Assembly: GCA_035638575.1 (NCBI GenBank)
Contig: DASQZT010000132.1
Span: 1 to 32,000 of the forward strand
DNA length: 32,000 nt
Source of the DNA: Bryobacteraceae bacterium
Lineage (GTDB): Bacteria; Acidobacteriota; Terriglobia; Bryobacterales; Bryobacteraceae
Direction: 5' to 3'
Part shown: positions 25,119 through 32,000 of the stretch, one piece after another
Position numbering within the stretch: position 1 is the first letter of the stretch
How the letters are laid out: the number at the start of each line of letters is the position of its first letter
The notes under the pieces: generated by a model
What the model saw: only the letters and a program-made list of their open reading frames with translations
Database searches by the model: none
Told to the model about the DNA's origin: nothing
Made by a program: the position numbers and the translations under genes

Positions 25119-25526
25119 GTGCAGATCACCGTCAATCCCTCCGACGAACTGCCGATCTACCGGCAGATGATGCGGCAGATCATCGAGGCGATCGCCGGCG
25201 GGAGATTGAAGGCCGGCGAGAAGCTGCCCTCGCACCGCGAGCTGAGCGAGCGGATCGTAGTTGCGCCGCTCACCGTGAAGAAGGCCTACGACGAGCTGGA
25301 AGCGCTTGGCTTCCTCGAAACGCAGCGCGGGCGCGGCACCTTTGTTTGCCTCGCGCTGCCTGAAATCGACCGTGAAGACCAGCTCCAACGCATCCGCCAG
25401 GATGGCCGCAAACTGCTTTCGCAGGCTCACCTTGCCGGCCTCCGTTTCTCCGAGCTGGTGGACCTCCTCCGAAGCGCCAACCGGGAACTGACTGGCGGCG
25501 CGCGCGACCAGAAAGAGACAGTATGA
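25119..25526 (+). CDS. GntR-family regulator (YtrA-like, short effector domain)
   Basis: VQITVNPSDELPIYRQMMRQIIEAIAGGRLKAGEKLPSHRELSERIVVAPLTVKKAYDELEALGFLETQRGRGTFVC. Confidence 0.92.
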   Translation: MQITVNPSDELPIYRQMMRQIIEAIAGGRLKAGEKLPSHRELSERIVVAPLTVKKAYDELEALGFLETQRGRGTFVCLALPEIDREDQLQRIRQDGRKLLSQAHLAGLRFSELVDLLRSANRELTGGARDQKETV

Positions 25527-26431
25527 CCCCTGTTCTTGAATTTCGGAACGTCTCCAGATCCTTTCAGAAAGGCGTGCCGGTCCTCGACGATGTCAGCTTC
25601 TCGATGGCCGAAGGCGAAGTGGTCGGCTTGCTGGGCCGCAACGGCGCGGGCAAGACCACGCTCATCCACATCGCCATGGGGTTGCTCTCCACGCACGGCG
25701 GCGCGGTGCGCGTCTTCGGCGTCTCGCCCTTCGACGACCCGGTCGCGGTCAAGCGGCGCGTCGGCTTCGTTTCCGAGGAGCAGGTCCTCCCGCCGCGATC
25801 CACCATCGCCGAGCTGATCGCATTTCACCGCTACCTCTTCGCCCGGTGGGACGACGCGCTGGAACGCCAGCTTCTGGACCGCTTTGCGCTTTCGCCATCC
25901 TCCAGGATCCACCGCCTGAGCAAGGGCCAGGCGCGTCAGGCCGCGTTGCTGTGCGCGGTGTGCCACCGCCCCGAATTGCTCCTGCTGGACGAGCCCGCCG
26001 GCGGCCTGGACCCCGTAGCCCGGCGCGAGTTCCTGGAGACCTCGATTCAATTGCTGAACCGCGAGGGCACGGCGATCCTGTTCTCCTCGCACCAGATGGG
26101 CGACGTGGAGCGCATCGGCGGACGCATCGTTCTCCTGAACGAGGGCAAGGTGCGCATCGATCGCGATCTCGACCGCATTCGCGAGGACGTCTGCGTCGCC
26201 ATGATCCCGCGCGCTTCGGTTCCGGACGCCGCCCGATTCGAAAGCCTTCCCGGCTGTCTCCGTGTCCGCGCGGTATTCGACGACTGGCACGTCGTGGTGG
26301 AAGGAGACCCCGACGCCGTGCGCGGCCGGTTGACGGCCTTGTCGCCCGCCAACAACATTCGATGCGTGCGGGTTCCGCTCGAAGAGTTGTTTATCGAGTT
26401 GGTGGGTGGGGAGCGCGAGAGGACGCCATGA
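25523..26431 (+). CDS. ABC transporter ATP-binding protein
   Basis: Walker A GLLGRNGAGKTTLIH, signature-like LSKGQARQAALLCAV, Walker B ELLLLDEPAGGLDPVARREF, H-loop SSHQM. Confidence 0.95.
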   Translation: MTPVLEFRNVSRSFQKGVPVLDDVSFSMAEGEVVGLLGRNGAGKTTLIHIAMGLLSTHGGAVRVFGVSPFDDPVAVKRRVGFVSEEQVLPPRSTIAELIAFHRYLFARWDDALERQLLDRFALSPSSRIHRLSKGQARQAALLCAVCHRPELLLLDEPAGGLDPVARREFLETSIQLLNREGTAILFSSHQMGDVERIGGRIVLLNEGKVRIDRDLDRIREDVCVAMIPRASVPDAARFESLPGCLRVRAVFDDWHVVVEGDPDAVRGRLTALSPANNIRCVRVPLEELFIELVGGERERTP

Positions 26432-27669
26432 TCTACCAACTCATTCGGCGCGACCCGGCGTGGAAGGCCTTGCGATGGCTCGCGCTGGTAACCGCCGTGG
26501 TCTGGGCCTGGCCCGGGCCGATCGGCCAGCTCGGCGCGCTGATGGCGATGATGGGTCTCTTCGGCGGGATGCCGCACCGGCGCGCCAGCCGGTTCGAGGC
26601 GGCATTGCCGATTGAAGCCCGCGATCTTCTTCTGGCGCGCACGCTTTCCCTGATGGCGGTGATTTGGATACCGGCGCTCTCGGGCGCCGCGGGCATCGTC
26701 GCCGTGAGAGGGTTTTCGGCGTTGGCGGCGAGGCCGCTGGCGGTGGGAGCCCTGTGTACCCTAATGGCCGCCGTGGCGCAGACCGCCTGGCTGAAGGAAC
26801 TCGCCGGGCCGCAGTGGATCCTCTATCCTCTTTTCGTGGTGGTACCGGCCGCCGGCGCGCTGATGGCGGAGCATCCGGTCGCACTGGTCCCGCCGCTTTG
26901 CGCTTTGGCTGGCGTTGGGCTCTTCGTCCGGGCCTGGGCAGCCGTTCCACGGTCGTTCCAGGTGAGCAGTGCGGGTCTCGAGGTGGCTGGGCGGGCCGGG
27001 AGGCCTGCCCCACTTGCGGCACTCCGTTGGGCGCCGGTCTGGCGATCGGTCTGTTCCTGGCAGTACCTGTTTTTCGTCACCATGATGGGCGTTCAAACGG
27101 CCAGCGGCCAATGGCTGTTGACCCCTTTCTGGCTGTTGATCGCCTGGGCGGGTCCGCGCACGAGGACAAGCTGGCTGTGGGCGCTTCCGGTTGGAAGGCG
27201 CGCTCTTTTGTGGACCATGATGGGGCCGATACTCGCCGCGCACGTGCTGGGATATCTTGCCGGCTTCCGCGTCCATCGGCACGCGGCTCCGGTTTCCGAA
27301 CCCCGGGTCGTGGCCGTCACGCTGGCGGCCATTCTCGGTTGGGTGATGCTGACGATCCTGTTCTGTGTGCTCGCCGACTGGCGAGGCTTCGCCCGCATCC
27401 CGCGCCGGATCCTCACCACCGTTTTTCTTTCGCTCGCCGGACTCTGGTATGTGGCGAGCCTTGCCGCGCTGTTCTTCGCGCCGCACGGCGCCACGTGGGG
27501 GCGGGACGCCCTGGCGCAATTCGGCCGCACGGCGCCCATGGGCTTGCCCGCGCTGATCGCGGCCGCAGCGGCGGTTTTGATCGCACTCTACTGGGCAGTC
27601 GAGAAGGTGTTCAGCGAGCCCGATTTTGCGGACAAGCCCAGGGTGAGCCAGCCCGACGCATTTGCATGA
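26428..27669 (+). CDS. ABC transporter permease-like polytopic membrane protein
   Basis: Multiple TM segments; ATGA overlap with the ATPase gene. Confidence 0.8.
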   Translation: MIYQLIRRDPAWKALRWLALVTAVVWAWPGPIGQLGALMAMMGLFGGMPHRRASRFEAALPIEARDLLLARTLSLMAVIWIPALSGAAGIVAVRGFSALAARPLAVGALCTLMAAVAQTAWLKELAGPQWILYPLFVVVPAAGALMAEHPVALVPPLCALAGVGLFVRAWAAVPRSFQVSSAGLEVAGRAGRPAPLAALRWAPVWRSVCSWQYLFFVTMMGVQTASGQWLLTPFWLLIAWAGPRTRTSWLWALPVGRRALLWTMMGPILAAHVLGYLAGFRVHRHAAPVSEPRVVAVTLAAILGWVMLTILFCVLADWRGFARIPRRILTTVFLSLAGLWYVASLAALFFAPHGATWGRDALAQFGRTAPMGLPALIAAAAAVLIALYWAVEKVFSEPDFADKPRVSQPDAFA

Positions 27670-27690
27670 AACGCCTGTGAAGAAATGGGG

Positions 27691-27721
27691 CCGCCGCTCG
27701 GAATCGGGAGCGCAGCGGCGG
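27691..27721. terminator. GC-rich inverted repeat between convergent genes
   Basis: CCGCCGCT - 15 nt - AGCGGCGG; no T tract. Confidence 0.3.
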
Positions 27722-27737
27722 GCGGAGTGACACGCAC

Positions 27738-28772
27738 TTAGCCCAACTGCAGCGCTTCGCGGAGGCCGGGGTCGTGGCGCACGCGCCAGATGCGGCTGTC
27801 CAGGTAGTAGTGGGTGAGGCCGAAACCGCAGAAGAAACCGAAGGCCAGATCCGATACCTGGCCGAGCATGAAGCCGGGCACGCGGTACAGCAGGCTGAAA
27901 ACCAGGCCCATGGCGGCATATGCCAGCAGGCTGCGGCCGACCGCCGATGGAATCCGTCCATGCTGGACCTCGCCGCCGCTCACGCCGTAGCGGTTCCGGT
28001 TGTGGAACCAGACGATGGCGTGATATTGCAGGTTGTGCACCACCGTCACCGTCGGCACGGCCGCCTGCCAGCTCATATAGGCGAACGTGAGCCAGTGCAG
28101 CGGAATGATGGCCGCCAGCAGGAGGTATTTGGGCACGCTCGGGGACTCGCCCGCGCGAAACCGCATCCACTGGCGCGCCAGATAGACTGCGGCGACCGCG
28201 AACACCGCGGCCCACAGCGGCATCTCGAGCTTCGCCAGCGAGAGGTGCAGGCCCAACTCCTCGGGATGATGGAGGAAGAACCGGTGGAACGGAGGGAACA
28301 CCATCATCACCCCGAGGAATACGCGATCCAGCGTGTTGTCCAGCGGGGCCAGGTCGCGGCTCTTGACCTTGTACAGCACCATGAACCCATAGTGCTGGCG
28401 AACCACGTGGTAGTAGGCCCACACGCCCACCAGCAGCGCCAGCCAGCCTTTGGCGCCCACCAGCACCATCGCCGGGCCCAGCGAAAAGAAGACCAGCAGG
28501 CTGCCGAACAGAAGCTTCCGCTGGCGCGCGCGCGCTTCGCGGTCGAAAAACGTGCGCGACGCGGTTCCGAAAATGTGGGTGCCATCGAAACCCACCGACC
28601 AGAACCACCACAGCAGCGTGACCGGCACGTGGAACGCCGTATAGAGAAGCAGGTACAGGTAGCCGGCAAGAGCGCTGCCGATCACCAGGGACAGGTCCAC
28701 ATTCCGGCTGATGATCCAGGGAGATTTGCGGCTCGCGCGCGGCGGCGCGGCCATTGGGGCAACGGCGGCCAT
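27738..28772 (-). CDS. Conserved polytopic membrane protein, unknown function
   Basis: Multi-TM, His/Trp/Tyr-rich segments (WAYYHVVRQHYGFMVLYKVKSRD, HNLQYHAIVWFHNRNRY, GLTHYYLDSRIWRVRHDPGL). Confidence 0.75.
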   Translation of the reverse strand: MAAVAPMAAPPRASRKSPWIISRNVDLSLVIGSALAGYLYLLLYTAFHVPVTLLWWFWSVGFDGTHIFGTASRTFFDREARARQRKLLFGSLLVFFSLGPAMVLVGAKGWLALLVGVWAYYHVVRQHYGFMVLYKVKSRDLAPLDNTLDRVFLGVMMVFPPFHRFFLHHPEELGLHLSLAKLEMPLWAAVFAVAAVYLARQWMRFRAGESPSVPKYLLLAAIIPLHWLTFAYMSWQAAVPTVTVVHNLQYHAIVWFHNRNRYGVSGGEVQHGRIPSAVGRSLLAYAAMGLVFSLLYRVPGFMLGQVSDLAFGFFCGFGLTHYYLDSRIWRVRHDPGLREALQLG

Positions 28773-28782
28773 GCGGTTCCGA

Positions 28783-30060
28783 TCAGGCGAAATGGTAATT
28801 GTTGGCGGCTTCGTCCCAGATGATCTTCTTCTGGTTCTTGAAAGCAAGGGTCGCCATGTGTCCGGAGATCGCGGCCTGCTGTCCGATGGGCGGAGGCGCG
28901 ATGGGCTTCTCGTTGCCGAGAATCGACTGTATGAAGTTCTTGAAATGGTTGATGACGCCGTCGACCTCGCCGAAGTCGGCCTTGCCGTTGAGGTGGATCG
29001 GCTGGCGCGCCGCGACCTTGGGCGGCGCCTTCCCCGCGAAGGTCTCCGGAGTGAAGTAGAGGTCCTGGCGGTTCATCACTTCGATGGTGCCTTCGTTGCC
29101 GCACAACTGCTCGCCGTAGCCGTAGTGGACGTTGCCGAAGTAGCAACTGTAGTTGATCTGCAACTTGTCGGCATATTCGTAGACCGCGCTGAGGGTGTCG
29201 GGCACGTCGCGGTCGTCGGTCTTGTCGGTCCAGCGGTAAATGCCGCCGGAGGCCATGCACGAGCGGGGCACCGTCTTGCTCAGCATGAAGTTGACGATAT
29301 CGGTCTGGTGCACCAGCAGGTCGGTGGAGATGCCGCCGGAATAGTCCCAGTAGAGGCGCCACTGGAAGTAGCGGTGGGAATCCCACGGCCGCTTGGGCGC
29401 GGCGCCGAGGAAACGGTTCCAGTCGGTGTTCTGGGGCGTGGCTTCGGGCGGGATGACGTAGCGCCAGGCGGGATCGTTGTCGAGCGAGTTGCGGTACCAG
29501 AAAGCGCGCACGTAATGCACGTCGCCGATCATGCCCTGCTGCACCAGCTCCTTGGCCTTCTTGTAAAGTGAGGAACTCCGGTTCTGCGTGCCGACCTGCA
29601 TGATCTTGCCGGACTTCTCCCATTCTTTGACGATGTCGAAGCCCTCGGCGATGGTGTGGGCCAGGGGCTTCTCGACGTAGACGTGCTTGCCGGCGCGGAG
29701 CGCGGCGATGGCCATGTCGTGGTGCAGATGCTCGGGCGTCATGATGAACACGGCGTCGATGGACTTGTCGGCCAGAAGCTCGCGGTAATCGACATAGGTG
29801 GCAGGCGTGCTGCCCCAGATGGTCTGCATGCGGTCCTTGGCGCGGGCGATGTAGCCCTGATAGGTATCGCAGATCGCGGTGATTTTGACGTCGTTGGGCT
29901 GCGCCGTGTGCATCCAGTCGAGCGCGGCATAGCCCCGCGTGCCCACTCCGATCCATCCGATGTTGACTTTGTCGTTGGCCGCGCGCCCCGACACGATGGC
30001 TGGCCCGGCCGCCAGCGCCGCCGCTTTCAGAAAGTTCCGGCGATTGAATTCGTCCGCCAT
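28783..30060 (-). CDS. Gfo/Idh/MocA-family oxidoreductase with Tat signal
   Basis: MADEFNRRNFLKAAALAAGPAIVSG (Tat-like RR), VNIGWIGVGTRGYAALDWM, VYVEKPLAHTIAEG motif. Confidence 0.92.
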   Translation of the reverse strand: MADEFNRRNFLKAAALAAGPAIVSGRAANDKVNIGWIGVGTRGYAALDWMHTAQPNDVKITAICDTYQGYIARAKDRMQTIWGSTPATYVDYRELLADKSIDAVFIMTPEHLHHDMAIAALRAGKHVYVEKPLAHTIAEGFDIVKEWEKSGKIMQVGTQNRSSSLYKKAKELVQQGMIGDVHYVRAFWYRNSLDNDPAWRYVIPPEATPQNTDWNRFLGAAPKRPWDSHRYFQWRLYWDYSGGISTDLLVHQTDIVNFMLSKTVPRSCMASGGIYRWTDKTDDRDVPDTLSAVYEYADKLQINYSCYFGNVHYGYGEQLCGNEGTIEVMNRQDLYFTPETFAGKAPPKVAARQPIHLNGKADFGEVDGVINHFKNFIQSILGNEKPIAPPPIGQQAAISGHMATLAFKNQKKIIWDEAANNYHFA

Positions 30061-30092
30061 TAGGACCTCCACACCCGATGATACCAGTTGGA

Positions 30093-30118
30093 GGGAGGGG
30101 GGCCGGGGGGCTGGGGGG
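30093..30118 (+). other. G-quadruplex-forming motif
   Basis: GGGAGGGGGGCCGGGGGGCTGGGGGG: four G-tracts with loops of 1-2 nt. Confidence 0.7.
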
Positions 30119-30318
30119 ATGGTTCCCTCCACGCCGCCAAAAGCGGGCGGCTCCCCCCACCAGAGGGGTCTTGAACCGCTCCGCCAAAGCCCCCCTTGTG
30201 CATCTCCCCAAAAACGAAGACCGGCGAACGTTTACGCCACTGGCACCGAGCGTTCGGCTGACAGAGCCTTCTTTTCTCCGACTATTCCTTGGTACGATTG
30301 AGTTGGAGCCGGGACGAA

Positions 30319-30552
30319 ATGAAACGCCAGACAACATCGCCGGGTGAAGCGACACCGGCGCCGCCCCTCGCGCAGCCGGCGAGCAACGGTTCCATCGACA
30401 CAGCTACACTGGAACTCTTCGCCGGCTGGAGGCTTGAAGACTCCACGCAGAACCCGGAAGACATTCGATCCGCAGAGCAAGAGCTGGCCGAGTTCAAGGG
30501 AGCGATGAACGAAGCCCGGGCGGCGGCAGGGGAGCCTCTCCTCTATCCGTGA
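30319..30552 (+). CDS. Probable antitoxin partner of a PIN-domain toxin
   Basis: MKRQTTSPGEATPAPPLAQPASNGSIDTATLELFAGWRLEDSTQNPEDIRSAEQELAEFKGAMNEARAAAGEPLLYP; small and overlapping the PIN gene by 4 nt. Confidence 0.6.
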   Translation: MKRQTTSPGEATPAPPLAQPASNGSIDTATLELFAGWRLEDSTQNPEDIRSAEQELAEFKGAMNEARAAAGEPLLYP

Positions 30553-31010
30553 GCCAGGTTCTCTTTCTCGATTCGGGCCCCCTCGGTCTTCTCACCCACC
30601 CACAGCGCAGCGCCGAAGTTGTCGCTGTCACGGAATGGCTCTCCCGTTGTCCTCTGAGCGGAAGCCGCGTCTTCGTTCCGGCCATTGTCTATTACGAACT
30701 TAAGCGCGAACTCTTGCGGGCGAAGAAAACGTTCAGCATCGGCCGGCTCGACGCATTCATCAATGCAACACCAGGGCGCTACGTCCCACTGTCCGATGAA
30801 GCCCTGCGGCTGGCGGCCGAGTTGTGGGCGAAGGCACGGCAGGAGGGACAACCGACCGCAGATCCGAAAGCCATCGACATTGATGTGATCATTGCCGCGC
30901 AGGCTCTTGCCTTTGGAGCCCCTTCATCCTACCTGCTGATTGCGACCACGAATCCAAAGCACTTGTCCCAGTTCACCGCCGCGAAGCACTGGAACGAAAT
31001 CCATCCTTGA
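30549..31010 (+). CDS. PIN-domain (VapC-like) toxin
   Basis: VLFLDSGPLGLLTHP; FVPAIVYYELKREL; KAIDIDVIIAAQALAF; LLIATTNPKHLSQF: PIN acidic residue pattern. Confidence 0.85.
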   Translation: MSQVLFLDSGPLGLLTHPQRSAEVVAVTEWLSRCPLSGSRVFVPAIVYYELKRELLRAKKTFSIGRLDAFINATPGRYVPLSDEALRLAAELWAKARQEGQPTADPKAIDIDVIIAAQALAFGAPSSYLLIATTNPKHLSQFTAAKHWNEIHP

Positions 31011-31020
31011 CGCCAAGAGC

Positions 31021-31707
31021 TTATTCCGAGCCCTCTACCGGCTCGGTAAAAGAAACGGTAAGCGACTGGGTAACCAGAGGTGAGAGCGCCCGCAGATCGT
31101 CCACCCAGTAATCGGGTTCGTATTTCGCCAGAGCTTCGGGTTGGCCGTAGCCGTAGCGCACCGCGCAGGTTTTCACTCCGGCGCGCTTGCCGGCTTCCAT
31201 GTCGGCGGGGGAATCGCCGACCATGAGGCACTCCTCGGGATCGGCGCCCAGGGCGGCGAGCGCGGTCAGGATGACGTCGGGCGCGGGCTTACAGGGGAAA
31301 CCGTCGGTGCCCTGCACGTGGTCGAAAAAACGGATCAGGCCGAACTGCTCCAGGATGGCCCGCGTCGTGGGCGTGCCCTTCGTGGTGGCCGTCCCCTTGC
31401 GGCCGGGGAGCGCCGCCAGCGCCTCCGGCACGCCGGGATAGACGTGCGTTTGCGTGTGCCCACGCGCCAGATAGATGGCGCGGTATTGACGGATGAGCTC
31501 ATCGACCTGGGTGGCGCCGTAGTGCGGAAGAACGTCGGTGAACAGGTCGATCAGGTGCAGGCCGATGTAGCCTTTCAGAAACTCGAAGGTGACGGGAGAG
31601 CAATCGGTGGTTTCGAGCACCTGCTGGACCGCGCCGCAAATGTCGCGGGCCGAGTCCAGCAGCGTGCCGTCGATGTCGAACAGGTAGACCGGAAACGCGG
31701 GAATCAC
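31021..31707 (-). CDS. HAD-superfamily hydrolase (phosphoglycolate-phosphatase-like)
   Basis: VYLFDIDGTLLDSARD; TTKGTPTTRAILEQFGL; CKPAPDVILTAL; CLMVGDSPADMEAGKRAGVKTCAVRYGY. Confidence 0.92.
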   Translation of the reverse strand: MIPAFPVYLFDIDGTLLDSARDICGAVQQVLETTDCSPVTFEFLKGYIGLHLIDLFTDVLPHYGATQVDELIRQYRAIYLARGHTQTHVYPGVPEALAALPGRKGTATTKGTPTTRAILEQFGLIRFFDHVQGTDGFPCKPAPDVILTALAALGADPEECLMVGDSPADMEAGKRAGVKTCAVRYGYGQPEALAKYEPDYWVDDLRALSPLVTQSLTVSFTEPVEGSE

Positions 31708-32000
31708 GCGGGCTGCGGGCGCTCCCCTTCCGAGAGACCGGTCACGCGGCGGCCGCTCTCGGGCCGAAGGACCTGCTGGGTGTGGTCCTCGGAGTCCTTC
31801 GAGCCGGTCTTCGCCACGGGATCGAGCGCCTGGCCCTTGATGATCTGCATGACTTCGTTGCCGTCCAGAATCTCGCGGACCAGCAGCGTCTCCGCGATCC
31901 GGACCAGGGCTTCGGACCGCTCCTCGAGGATCTGCGCGGCCGTGTCGTAACTGCCCTGCACCAGCTTCTTCACCTGCTCGTCGATCCGGATGGCGGTCTC
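31704..32000 (-). CDS. ftsH: ATP-dependent zinc metalloprotease FtsH, C-terminal end (partial)
   Basis: ETAIRIDEQVKKLVQGSYDTAAQILEERSEALVRIAETLLVREILDGNEVMQIIKGQAL is the FtsH peptidase-domain tail. Confidence 0.8.
   Translation of the reverse strand, partial: ETAIRIDEQVKKLVQGSYDTAAQILEERSEALVRIAETLLVREILDGNEVMQIIKGQALDPVAKTGSKDSEDHTQQVLRPESGRRVTGLSEGERPQPA

Noticed and set aside
26761-30355. Long minus ORFs 26761..28611 and 28682..30355, and plus ORF 27774..28823
   Set aside because: Each lies antisense or out of frame over well-supported genes (ABC permease, membrane protein, Gfo/Idh/MocA oxidoreductase).
31021-31950. Plus-strand ORF 31141..31950
   Set aside because: Antisense to the HAD phosphatase and FtsH tail; composition typical of a shadow ORF.
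1-32000. CRISPR arrays, tRNA/rRNA genes, transposases, integrases, phage genes
   Set aside because: No regularly spaced repeats, no cloverleaf or rRNA signatures, and no recombinase-like proteins were recognised in the six-frame track.

Overview
High-GC chromosomal window, Acidobacteria-like by gene content (inference only). Most of it looks like ordinary core and accessory genes: a probable lipoyl synthase start, SPOR protein, SPFH/band-7 protein, NfeD-like protease, LexA, degenerate GGDEF protein, PriA, TPR protein, SSB, PadR regulator with membrane partner, two-component system, DUF488, GntR plus ABC exporter, Gfo/Idh/MocA oxidoreductase, VapBC-like pair, HAD phosphatase and FtsH C-terminus. 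Three things stand out. (1) A candidate selenoprotein at 17221..17754 (-): an in-frame TGA replaces the first Cys of a thioredoxin-type CxxC motif (FHASW-U-GWCKQLDRF). It is followed 15 nt later by a perfect 6-bp hairpin with a GG(U) loop, plus a possible lower stem starting right after the UGA, consistent with a bacterial SECIS element. (2) A compact extracellular-electron-transfer-like cluster at 18295..25045: an OmcA/MtrC-like decaheme cytochrome, a truncated copy of its N-terminus, a DmsE/MtrA-like decaheme cytochrome, an MtrB/PioB-like barrel and a four-heme cytochrome with fourfold internal repeats. It sits divergently next to the candidate selenoprotein, with a structured, unassigned element between them. 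(3) A rearranged tannase-like remnant at about 10.9-11.3 kb, with two fragments in opposite orientation meeting at one point. Smaller signals include a 22-bp perfect palindrome abutting the GntR start, a G-quadruplex motif upstream of the oxidoreductase, a possible leaderless DUF488 promoter and a GTAC-rich inverted repeat at the histidine kinase start. No tRNA, rRNA, CRISPR array or transposase was recognised.
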